A DNA stretch of 64,000 nt from NCBI GenBank assembly GCA_965197585.1, contig OZ240215.1, positions 3,040,001 to 3,104,000 on the forward strand, in the 5' to 3' direction. The position numbers and the translations under genes are program-made. Shown piece by piece: positions 9,359 to 17,986 of the stretch (position 1 is the first letter of the stretch; the number at the start of each line of letters is the position of its first letter). The notes below the pieces were generated by a model that was given only the letters and a program-made list of their open reading frames with translations, was not told where the DNA came from and did not search any database. The stretch comes from Dehalococcoidia bacterium (GTDB taxonomy: Bacteria > Chloroflexota > Dehalococcoidia > Plut-88900).

Positions 9359-10702
9359 ATGCCTAGAATCGATTTCAGAAACGACCTTAATATTCTGGAG
9401 GGAGGCCTCCTCATTATGGCCAATATGGTCGAAGAGGCCGTAGACCGGGCCCTTGAAGCCCTCGCCAAGCGGGACCTGGAAGCCTCAGCCCAGGTCGTCC
9501 GCGACGACGACCAGATCGATGACATGCAGATTGATATCGAGGAAAAATGTATTGAGCTCATTGCCACCCAGCAGCCAATGGCAGGCGACCTCAGGGCCCT
9601 GGTAACGGTTTTAAGCGTCGTCAGCGACCTCGAGCGTATGGGGGACTACGCCGAGGGGATCGGCAAGATCAGCCTCCTCATGGGCGACGAGCCTCCCATA
9701 AAACCTCTCATAGACATCCCCCTGATGGCCGAGAAGGCCAAGAAGATGCTTCGGGGCAGCCTCGAGGCCCTGGTGAACCGAGACGTGGAGCTCGCGGCCC
9801 AGGTCAGCGTTGATGATGATGAGGTCGACTCCCTCTACGATCAGGTGTACCGCGAGCTTCTCACCTACATGATCCAGGACCCCAAGAACGTACAGCGGGC
9901 CACCTACCTCCTGTGGGTCGCCCACGATCTGGAAAGGCTCGCCGACCGTGCAACCAACATCGCCGAGCGGGTCATCTACCTGGTAACCGGCAAGCAGGTT
10001 ACCGTAGAAGTCTCGCCTTCGACGGTCAGGGTCAGGGAGCAGCAAGGAAAAATCAGGAGGCAGACAATGGCCAGATCGCCGTCCGTCCCCGGCGCCTACG
10101 AAAAGTTCTACGAGCTGCTCCAGAGCGAGGCGGCCAACCTCAAGATCACCGCCCAGGCCCTCGCCGAGATGATGGACGACTTTACGTCCGTCGAAGAGAA
10201 GGCTCTGAAGATCCGTGACCTGGAGCACACCGGGGATGAGATCATCCACAGCATCATGCGCCTTCTGCACGGCACCTTCGTCACGCCCCTCGACAGGCAG
10301 GACATCCAGAACCTGGCCGAGCGGCTGGACGACGTGGTAGACCACATCGAAGAGGCCGCAAGGGACATGCAGGAGTTCAAGATCGACGCACCCACGCCCC
10401 AGGCCGCCGAGGTTGCCCACGTCCTCCAACAAGCGGGTATAGAGTTGGAGAAGGCCATCGGCTGGCTGCCCTCCATGAGAAGCCACAAGGATGACATCCT
10501 GGAGCTGTGCCGCAGCATCAGCACCCTCGAAGAGGAGGCCGACCGGGTCGGGCGGGAGGCCCTGATAGAGCTGTTCAACGATGGCCGGTCCTTCAACGAC
10601 GTGATGAAGTGGCGCGAGGTCTACCAACACCTGGAAGATGCGGCCGATAGCTGCCAGGGCGCGGCCATAGTCCTCGAAGGCATTGTCCTGGAGTACGCCT
10701 AG
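9359..10702 (+). CDS. phoU: PhoU fused in frame to a DUF47 (PhoU-like) domain
   Basis: N-terminal QQPMAGDLR, DLERMGD, LERLADRATNIAE; C-terminal LEHTGD, TFVTPLDRQDI, LEEEAD, KWREVY. Confidence 0.85.
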   Translation: MPRIDFRNDLNILEGGLLIMANMVEEAVDRALEALAKRDLEASAQVVRDDDQIDDMQIDIEEKCIELIATQQPMAGDLRALVTVLSVVSDLERMGDYAEGIGKISLLMGDEPPIKPLIDIPLMAEKAKKMLRGSLEALVNRDVELAAQVSVDDDEVDSLYDQVYRELLTYMIQDPKNVQRATYLLWVAHDLERLADRATNIAERVIYLVTGKQVTVEVSPSTVRVREQQGKIRRQTMARSPSVPGAYEKFYELLQSEAANLKITAQALAEMMDDFTSVEEKALKIRDLEHTGDEIIHSIMRLLHGTFVTPLDRQDIQNLAERLDDVVDHIEEAARDMQEFKIDAPTPQAAEVAHVLQQAGIELEKAIGWLPSMRSHKDDILELCRSISTLEEEADRVGREALIELFNDGRSFNDVMKWREVYQHLEDAADSCQGAAIVLEGIVLEYA

Positions 10703-10728
10703 GCAGCCCCGACCCTTAGGCGGTCTCC

Positions 10729-11406
10729 TTGCAAAGCTCTCTTCCCAAGCGCTGCCTCGCCGAGATCATCGGCACGTTCGGCTTGGTGTTCGCCACGGCC
10801 GGCGCAAACGTCGTCGACGAGCTATCCGATGGCCGTATCACGCACCTGGGGGTGGGTATAGTCTCGGGGCTGATCATCACCGTGATGATCTATGCCGTGG
10901 GGCATATTTCGGGAGCGCATTTCAACCCCGCCGTCACCCTGGGCTTTGCCGTGGGCCGGCACTTCCCCATAAAAGAAGTCCCCATCTACTGGGGGTCACA
11001 ACTGCTGGGGGCCGTCGGCGGCGCCTTCAGCCTCGGGGCACTGTTCGGCGAAGTTGGGATCATGGGCGGGACCGTGCCCCGAGGCTCGACCCTGGAGTCC
11101 TTCGGCTTCGAAATACCCCTTACCTTTATCCTCATGTTCGTCATCATGGCCGTCGCCACCGACTCTCGGGCCAAGGGGCCGCACGCTGCCCTCGCCATCG
11201 GCGCGGCGGTTGCCCTCAACTCGATATTCGGGGGCCCGATATCTGGTGCGTCGATGAACCCGGCCCGGTCCTTCGGGCCTGCGCTTGCGGCGTGGAACTG
11301 GGGAGACCACTGGATTTACTGGGTCGCGCCGCCGATAGGGGCTGCGATAGCGGCGTTGGCTTATGGCGTGGTGAGGGGGGATGGGGGAGAGGAGAGGAAG
11401 CTATAA
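10729..11406 (+). CDS. MIP family channel (NIP/AqpN-like aquaporin)
   Basis: SGAHFNPAVT and GASMNPARSFGP; six hydrophobic segments. Confidence 0.92.
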   Translation: MQSSLPKRCLAEIIGTFGLVFATAGANVVDELSDGRITHLGVGIVSGLIITVMIYAVGHISGAHFNPAVTLGFAVGRHFPIKEVPIYWGSQLLGAVGGAFSLGALFGEVGIMGGTVPRGSTLESFGFEIPLTFILMFVIMAVATDSRAKGPHAALAIGAAVALNSIFGGPISGASMNPARSFGPALAAWNWGDHWIYWVAPPIGAAIAALAYGVVRGDGGEERKL

Positions 11407-11413
11407 TGGCTTC

Positions 11414-11638
11414 ATGGGGGGACAGGCGACCAGTTCGAAAGAGTTAAGGGCGGAATTCGCAATGTTCCGCAGTGAGGTAAGGTCGGGCTTCGCCGATGTC
11501 GGAGCGGAGTTCGCTAAGACTCGTTGCGAAATGCACATGCTCTACGTGAGGACCGTCAAATGGTTTATTGGCACCGCGGTGGTAGGCACGGTTATAGGGG
11601 TGGGTGGCTTCACGGCTATATTAAGGTTTCTCGGGTGA
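11414..11638 (+). CDS. Small coiled-coil protein with C-terminal TM helix (DUF1640/CCDC90-like)
   Basis: ELRAEF..FRSEVR..RCEM..RTVKWFIGTAVV; TATAAT at 11402, 6 nt before ATG. Confidence 0.5.
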   Translation: MGGQATSSKELRAEFAMFRSEVRSGFADVGAEFAKTRCEMHMLYVRTVKWFIGTAVVGTVIGVGGFTAILRFLG

Positions 11639-11671
11639 CGCGGGAGGGTTAGCGAAGTATTTTCAGGGTCT

Positions 11672-11786
11672 ATGAACCCGGCCCGGTCCTTCGGCCCCGC
11701 GCTGGCCGCCTGGAACTGGTGAGATCACTGGATCTACTGGGTGGCGCCGCCGATCGGGGCTGCGTTGGCTTATGGCGTGGTGAGGG
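11672..11786 (+). pseudogene. Degenerate duplicate of the aquaporin 3' end
   Basis: Aligns with 11254-11377 (MNPARSFGPALAAWNW...), with GGA>TGA stop and a 9-nt deletion. Confidence 0.85.
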
Positions 11787-11829
11787 AGAGAGACGATCTC
11801 TCAACTCCGGCCGGTTCCTAAACTGAGCG

Positions 11830-13029
11830 TCAGAATGGCAGAGGACTATCCAAGACACATTCAAATTCTAATGCTCTGCCGAAATGATTAGCGATTGCCT
11901 TCTCGACTGCTTCCCTGCCACGAGGGTCCTCCGACACCTCCTGCATGCTATTGAGGTGAAAGGGGTGGCGAAAGGGTAGGATTAGTTTTTCGGGGTCTCG
12001 CTGAATCCAAACATCAATAGGCCGGCAGTCTTTGAGTAACGAACCCAGATTGAACTCATTGACCTTTACGGTTCTTAGCTCATCTAAAACCCCTAACCAC
12101 TTGTCGGCAATGCTGGCGTGAGGAGCCCCTTCCAAGGGCGATATCGGAGTTGACGAGTCTTGGCGAGCCGGCTGGGGAGGAACTGTTACGGGTGTTATAT
12201 AGGCGTCAGTGACACGAGCTTCCAACGCCCGGAACCCCTCAAGCAATTCAGCTATGGCTCCCATTATCTCTTCGGTGCTCTGTGGCGTCTCCTGCTGGCG
12301 CACATCTGGCTTGAGTGCATTGATTATCGTCTCGACACGACCAGCAACCTCCTCGGCAACCTGTCCTTGTGCAGAGGTTAGGATATCCATCACAGGCACC
12401 AACTCATTTGACAACAGTTGCCTGAAGACCTGCCCTAGTTTTTCCGTTAAGTCTTCGGTGGCTTGCACCCTAGGGGCTCCTTGTTCAACTCGTTGCGCAA
12501 CCGTCTCAGCGATTTGTTGCACTTCCTCTGGGCTGACGCCCGTAACCTGTACGCTAGGGATAGTCTGTAAGTCAGGTTTACCAACCATGATTGTCTCTAC
12601 TTCGGCTGCCTCTTTGCCATCTCCGACATACCGCAGAACATATACTATTCGGTCAAGCGCAGCGGTGGCCCGCTTGGGGTTGATGTCCCTTTTTGGTGGG
12701 TGCGCCACCAAGTTTCTAACCTCCGATATTGCATCAAGTTCATTGAGTATTTTGTTGTCAGCAAATGCGGAGGCGAATGCCTCATTCCAAGACCGTTCGA
12801 TGATCGACCTAAACCAAGTAATGTCAAAAGCAGTTTCTATGTCATCTCTTTCATACCGTGTCTTGTGGAATCTCTTTTGTGCTTCTTCCCTCAAAGATGC
12901 GGATATAGCGCTCTCGGCAGAAATCCCGTTTTCTTGAAACTGTCGCATAATAAACGCGCGCATGGTGTCCCGATAGATGTTAAGTGCTCTGTACACCTTG
13001 TCCTGGTACGGGCGGTTGATAATCGCCAT
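11830..13029 (-). CDS. Swt1-like HEPN domain protein with C-terminal DnaX-like domain
   Basis: ALNIYRDTMRAFI, FDITWF..II..W..F and RNLVAH (RxxxxH); C-terminal FNLGSLLKDC...LILPFRHPFH..MQE..EDPRGR; lower GC than flanks. Confidence 0.7.
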   Translation of the reverse strand: MAIINRPYQDKVYRALNIYRDTMRAFIMRQFQENGISAESAISASLREEAQKRFHKTRYERDDIETAFDITWFRSIIERSWNEAFASAFADNKILNELDAISEVRNLVAHPPKRDINPKRATAALDRIVYVLRYVGDGKEAAEVETIMVGKPDLQTIPSVQVTGVSPEEVQQIAETVAQRVEQGAPRVQATEDLTEKLGQVFRQLLSNELVPVMDILTSAQGQVAEEVAGRVETIINALKPDVRQQETPQSTEEIMGAIAELLEGFRALEARVTDAYITPVTVPPQPARQDSSTPISPLEGAPHASIADKWLGVLDELRTVKVNEFNLGSLLKDCRPIDVWIQRDPEKLILPFRHPFHLNSMQEVSEDPRGREAVEKAIANHFGRALEFECVLDSPLPF

Positions 13030-13166
13030 TTCGGACTCTCTCCAATAATCTGCTTCGCTTCATCCGAGTATAGCATCGCGTTGGGAAGCGCAGATCGCCA
13101 TTGGACACCGACCCCCGTGAAACCTAGAATAGAGGGCAATCCAACCAGGACACGGAGGCTGAAAAC

Positions 13167-13610
13167 ATGGCTAACGAACCTCAAGTCCACGCTATCAACG
13201 TTTCCAAGAGCCACTTTGGGGACATGGAGTCCCAGGCTATTGCCAAGGTCATCGAGGACCTGGGCATCGAGGGCGACCGCTACGCCATCAAGCGCGGCAT
13301 GAACAGAGCCAAGCGCCAGGTGCTCCTGATGGACAAGGAGACCCTCGAGATACTCGGGCTGACCCCCGGCACAGTGCGGGAGAACATCACCACCCGGGAT
13401 ATGGACATCTACTCGCTGACGCCGGGGCAGAAGGTCCGCATCGGGGCCGAGGTCGAGCTTGAGATCACCGAGCTCTGCAACCCCTGCGAGCGCATGGACG
13501 AGATCCGGCAGGGCCTCAGGGAAGAGCTGGAAGGGCGTCGGGGAATGCTCACCCGCGTCGCCAAGGGTGGGGATATAGCTGTTGGGGATACGATTTCGGT
13601 GGTTGGGTAA
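13167..13610 (+). CDS. MOSC domain protein
   Basis: GIEGDR, RQVLL, RENIT, CNPC, GxIAVGD. Confidence 0.9.
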   Translation: MANEPQVHAINVSKSHFGDMESQAIAKVIEDLGIEGDRYAIKRGMNRAKRQVLLMDKETLEILGLTPGTVRENITTRDMDIYSLTPGQKVRIGAEVELEITELCNPCERMDEIRQGLREELEGRRGMLTRVAKGGDIAVGDTISVVG

Positions 13611-13625
13611 TCTAATCACCCTCAC

Positions 13626-14902
13626 TGTACGACCGGGGACATGGGTAACAGTTAGACCGAGGACATAGGTAACACTTTGACTGGGGTTTTGTCGACCCTT
13701 CTGGTGGGGTCATCAAGGAGCCCGATGATGAGGGGCCCGAACTGTATGGACCAGGTTCGTTCGTCTATCTGGACCAGGCCGATGGGTTCGCCCCTGAGGG
13801 ACTCGCTCACGTAGAGCATATCTCCCTTCCACTTGATCTGTCCGTTGCTGCGGACACTACGTACGGTGACACCGGCGTGGTACTCGGGCGAGCTGATACG
13901 TGTGGGATAGGGTCTGATTGAGGGCGTGTACAGCCGGCTTGGTGGATGCCGACCCAGGGCCTCATGTGGCCTCTCGAAGTTGTAGGTGTGCCTGAAGCGT
14001 TCTAGGGCTCGCCGTTGTCGTCTCCAGTTGGCCTTTGGAGGCGAAGCGGCCTCGGCCTTGAGGGTTCGGTGAAGGCGCTCGATGCGTCCATTCTGTTCGG
14101 GGTGACCGGGCTCGATGCGTTCGGGTACGATCCCCAGCTTGACCCACCATGCGGATAGTGGCGAGAGGCTGCCCAGACCCACACCGGCGAAGGGTGGACC
14201 ATTGTCGGTGCGTATGGCCCGAGGGGTGCCGTACTCTCGGAAGGTTCTCTCCAGAGAGCGCTTGACTTCCGGGCCGGCAGGGCAGTCGAGAGGGTCGCAT
14301 ACCAGTAAGTAGCGGGACATGGCGTCCTGGGCTGTCAGGGGGTCTATCCGCATTCCGTCATCCGTGCGGAACCAGCCCTTCAGGTCGATGGCCCACAAGT
14401 CATTGGGGCGCCGGGCATGGGCGAAGGGCTCACCCCAGCGTGTAGCCCTGCGTCGCCGCTTGCGCCGCCTCACCAGACCCACACGGTCCAGTATGGCGCC
14501 TGCAGTGCTGGAGGACGGCCAGGGCACGTAGGGCTCGATGGAATGCAACCAGGCGACGATCTTCTTCGGGCCCCATGTGGGGTGGGTGCGCTTCGCCTCG
14601 ACGATACGCTCAGCCACCTTTGTGGGAGTGGCGTTGGGATGGCTGTGAGGAGCCCGGCTTAGGTCAAGTAGACCGTCATCACCATACGCCTCGTATCGGC
14701 CGATTATCTTGTAGCCGGTCTTGCGGCTGATCCCGGACTGGCGGCACAGCTCAGCGACAGTCTCCTCTCCCGCAGTGTGACGCTCGATAAACTGCAACCG
14801 CTCCGATTCTATGCTCGTGTCTTTCCAAGGCAACACATCTTCCTCCTCTGAGATTGCCTAATACAATCCCACGATGTGTTACCTTTCTGCCCGGTCTGTA
14901 CC
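13626..14902 (-). mobile_element. IS481 family insertion sequence
   Basis: Imperfect ~25-bp terminal IRs (TGTACGACCGGGGACATGGGTAACA at 13626 with an inner repeat; TGTTACCTTTCTGCCCGGTCTGTAC at 14877). Confidence 0.85.
13652..14836 (-). CDS. IS481 family DDE transposase
   Basis: LPWK start, HTH (ISRKTGYK), WAIDLKG, RTDNGPPF, QNGRIERLHRTLK, YNFERPHEAL. Confidence 0.93.
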   Translation of the reverse strand: MLPWKDTSIESERLQFIERHTAGEETVAELCRQSGISRKTGYKIIGRYEAYGDDGLLDLSRAPHSHPNATPTKVAERIVEAKRTHPTWGPKKIVAWLHSIEPYVPWPSSSTAGAILDRVGLVRRRKRRRRATRWGEPFAHARRPNDLWAIDLKGWFRTDDGMRIDPLTAQDAMSRYLLVCDPLDCPAGPEVKRSLERTFREYGTPRAIRTDNGPPFAGVGLGSLSPLSAWWVKLGIVPERIEPGHPEQNGRIERLHRTLKAEAASPPKANWRRQRRALERFRHTYNFERPHEALGRHPPSRLYTPSIRPYPTRISSPEYHAGVTVRSVRSNGQIKWKGDMLYVSESLRGEPIGLVQIDERTWSIQFGPLIIGLLDDPTRRVDKTPVKVLPMSSV

Positions 14903-14909
14903 CCCCCAG

Positions 14910-14989
14910 TCCCCTCTCCCATCGAGGGAGAGGGGATATGGCCATACCCCACCCATCTCTGGATTCCCGCTCGGAGGCGGGAATGACGG
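14910..14989. repeat. Composite REP-like repeats: family A hairpin plus family B (GGATTCCCGC-N-GCGGGAATGAC)
   Basis: Same A+B arrangement at 27688-27798; B-like copies also at 30733-30762 and 41973-42043. Confidence 0.75.
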
Positions 14990-14995
14990 TTTAGG

Positions 14996-17899
14996 CTAGG
15001 TGATTTTCTCCAGGGGTGCGTAGCTCTGGAGCAGTTTCTTGATGCCGTGGGTGCCTTTGAAGGCTACGGTGACCATCTGGTCGTCCCCCGACGCCGCACA
15101 CGAGACGACTATCCCTTCCCCAAACGTGCCGTGCCTGACCCGGTCTCCGGCTGAGAACTCACCCTCTTTGGCCACCCTGGGCTTCGGAGGTGACCACCAC
15201 AGGTCGTCGGCGCGGGTCTGGTAGCCCTGGGGAGTCTTCGAGAAGTTGGCAGTGAGACCCTTGGGAATGGCTTCCAGGAACCGGGAGGGGGGATTGACGT
15301 TGCTGGAGCCCATCATGTTCCTGCGAAAGGCCCTCAGCAGGTAGAGCCGCTGTTTGGCCCGAGTCATGCCCACGTAGCACAGCCGACGCTCCTCTTCCAT
15401 CTGGTCGGGGTCGTCGATGGAGCGGCGGTGGGGAAGCAGACCTTCCTCCATCCCGACCAGGAACACCACCGGATATTCGAGCCCCTTGGCCTGGTGGAGG
15501 GTGATCAGGGTCACGGCGTTGGCCTTGCCGTCAAGCTCGTCGGTGTCCGATACCAGGGCCACGCCATCCAGCAGGTCGGTCAGGCTCTCGCCGGGTTCCA
15601 GGCCACGGTACTCTGCGGCGACGGACCGCAGCTCCATGATGTTTTCCCAGCGGTCCTCTCCGCGGTCCTCGGAGTCGAGCAGGAAGTCCTTGTAGCCCGT
15701 CCTTTCCGCCACCATGCTGATGAGATGGACCACGTCGCCCCCCTTGCCCACTTCCAGCAGCTCGTCGAGCATTACCAGGAAGCTGGTCAGCGAGCGTCGG
15801 GTCCCGCTGCCGAAGGGTGGCTCGGGCACATTGCCATTCCCCTCCGAGTTGTGCGCCAGCAGTTGAAGCGCGGTGTAGGGCGGCATGCCCAGCTGCTGCG
15901 CCCACATCATCAACCCGTCCACCGTCTTCTGCCCGATGCCCCGTTTAGGCACGTTGATAACCCGGCGCAGGCTGACGGAGTCATAGGGGTTGTGAACCAA
16001 CCGCAGGTAGGCGACGATGTCTTTCACCTCCCGCCGTTGGTAGAAGCGGGTGCCGCCCACGAGCCGGTACGGGATGCCGTATCTCATGAAGGACTCCTCC
16101 AGCGACCGGGACTGGGCGTTGGTGCGGTACATCACCGCCATGTCTCCGAGGCCGTGATCGTTGTCCCTCATCAGGCGCTCGATCTCCTTGGCTACGGTCT
16201 GGGCCTCGTCCTGCTCGTTGTAGGCCTCCGACATGGTGATGGGGACGCCCTGCCCGTTGTCGGTCCAGAGGTTCTTCTCCTTACGCTGCTGGTTGGCGGC
16301 GATGACGTTGTGGGCAGACTCCAGGATGGTCTGCGTCGAGCGGTAATTTTGCTCCAGGTAGATCACCTTGGCCTTGGGGAAGTCCTTTTCGAAGCTGAGG
16401 ATGTTGCGGATGTCGGCGTGGCGCCATGAGTAGATCGACTGGTCCGGGTCGCCGACCACGCAGATGTTGCCGTGCTGGCTCGCTATCTGCTTTGCCAGCC
16501 TGTACTGCACGACGTTGGTGTCCTGGAACTCGTCGATCAGCAGGTAGCGGTAGCGGTTGGCGTACTTTTCAAGGGTGTCGGGGGAGCGATCGAAGAGCTG
16601 GACGGCCTTTAGGAGCAGGTCGTCGAAGTCTACGCCGTTGTTCTCTTCGAGGATGGCCTGGTAGCGCTGGAAGACCCGGCCCACGACCTCGTCGAAATAG
16701 CTGTGGACGTGGAGTCGGTGGTCCTGTGCATCGATCATCTGGCTCTTGGAAGCGGAGATGGCCGAGCTTATGCCCCGGGGCGGAAAGTTCCGGGAGTCGA
16801 TATTCAGGTCCTGCATGGCGTCCTTGATGATGGAGGCCTTGTCGTCCTCGTCGTAGATGACGAGGTTCCTGTCGAGCCCGATTGGCTCGCCGCTGGTTCG
16901 CAAAATCCGGACGCAGATGGCGTGGAAAGTGCCGAGGGTGAGCCGCTCGGTGTCCTCACCCACGAGATCGAACACCCGCTCCCGCATCTCTCTGGAGGCC
17001 TTGTTGGTGAAGGTCACGGCCATCATCCTGCTCGGGTACACGCCGACCACCCTCATCAAGTAGGCGATGCGGGTGGTGATGACTCGGGTCTTGCCGCTTC
17101 CCGGCCCGGCAAGGATGAGCAGAGGGCCGTCGATGGTCTCGACGGCTTCTCTCTGGGGCGGGTTGAGGCCTTCAAGGAGGGAGTCTTGTATTGTGGGGAT
17201 CGATGGGATGAAGGTAGGAAGGTTCGGAGTTGGCATCACCTTCTTGACCTGCTTCATTTTCTTCTGTCTAGCTGCCTGCGCTTTTTTATTGAGGTCATCT
17301 AGGTAGTCGTCATCGAAGCTGCAAACCGGAGGGTCGTCGCAATAAAATGGCTCAAAGGGCTCTAGCAGCCAATCCTTGAGACGACCTATTAGTTTGTCGA
17401 CAGTGACATTTGCGTCTTCGGGGCCGACTTGGATTTCAATGGAGGGGCAGCGTTCCCTCCGCATGTCTGCGACGTACTCCTCGTCCTTGCTATTGGCGTA
17501 GCGTATTTCGAGTGCTAGCCGCTGACCTTCAGTGTTCTGCCATAGCACATCCACGCGTCGAGACCCAACAAGTTGTTCAATCTTGCCGTCGGACACTTCC
17601 ATCGTGATCGAGGTGTCGCACCATTTAGGCAAATCCACGCACCCACGCACGCTTGCTAGCAGGTCTTTGGCGAGTGCGTGAATAGCAGTTTCTAAGCAAT
17701 TCTCCGCATTTGCCTTTGAGTTTGGTAAATGCGCGAAGTATGCACGCTTACGGCCATCCCTCGCCGCCCGCCGGTGTTCAAGACGCTCAGTGCATCCTAA
17801 GCATGTGACGTTGGCTCGTCGGCCTACGCCGTCCTGAGTATCGTCTGGCGTTAGCCGACCTCGTGTGGGATGATCTGCGTAGGGTATAGCTAAAGACAC
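14996..17899 (-). CDS. pcrA: PcrA/UvrD helicase with N-terminal CoiA-like (Zn + PD-(D/E)XK) extension
   Basis: AGPGSGKT, DEFQD, GDPDQSIY, QNYRS, TLHQAKGLE, EERRLCYV and C-terminal Tudor-like GDRVRHGTFGEG; N-terminal CLGC..YFAH..H..AK..RRVDV..LALEI. Confidence 0.9.
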   Translation of the reverse strand: MSLAIPYADHPTRGRLTPDDTQDGVGRRANVTCLGCTERLEHRRAARDGRKRAYFAHLPNSKANAENCLETAIHALAKDLLASVRGCVDLPKWCDTSITMEVSDGKIEQLVGSRRVDVLWQNTEGQRLALEIRYANSKDEEYVADMRRERCPSIEIQVGPEDANVTVDKLIGRLKDWLLEPFEPFYCDDPPVCSFDDDYLDDLNKKAQAARQKKMKQVKKVMPTPNLPTFIPSIPTIQDSLLEGLNPPQREAVETIDGPLLILAGPGSGKTRVITTRIAYLMRVVGVYPSRMMAVTFTNKASREMRERVFDLVGEDTERLTLGTFHAICVRILRTSGEPIGLDRNLVIYDEDDKASIIKDAMQDLNIDSRNFPPRGISSAISASKSQMIDAQDHRLHVHSYFDEVVGRVFQRYQAILEENNGVDFDDLLLKAVQLFDRSPDTLEKYANRYRYLLIDEFQDTNVVQYRLAKQIASQHGNICVVGDPDQSIYSWRHADIRNILSFEKDFPKAKVIYLEQNYRSTQTILESAHNVIAANQQRKEKNLWTDNGQGVPITMSEAYNEQDEAQTVAKEIERLMRDNDHGLGDMAVMYRTNAQSRSLEESFMRYGIPYRLVGGTRFYQRREVKDIVAYLRLVHNPYDSVSLRRVINVPKRGIGQKTVDGLMMWAQQLGMPPYTALQLLAHNSEGNGNVPEPPFGSGTRRSLTSFLVMLDELLEVGKGGDVVHLISMVAERTGYKDFLLDSEDRGEDRWENIMELRSVAAEYRGLEPGESLTDLLDGVALVSDTDELDGKANAVTLITLHQAKGLEYPVVFLVGMEEGLLPHRRSIDDPDQMEEERRLCYVGMTRAKQRLYLLRAFRRNMMGSSNVNPPSRFLEAIPKGLTANFSKTPQGYQTRADDLWWSPPKPRVAKEGEFSAGDRVRHGTFGEGIVVSCAASGDDQMVTVAFKGTHGIKKLLQSYAPLEKIT

Positions 17900-17986
17900 T
17901 AACTGTTCTCTGGTTCTTTTTCTTGTCTAGTCACGGGTTGATTATAGCAAGGGGGTCGGGGGGGATGGGTGTGGTAGGGTGGGGGG

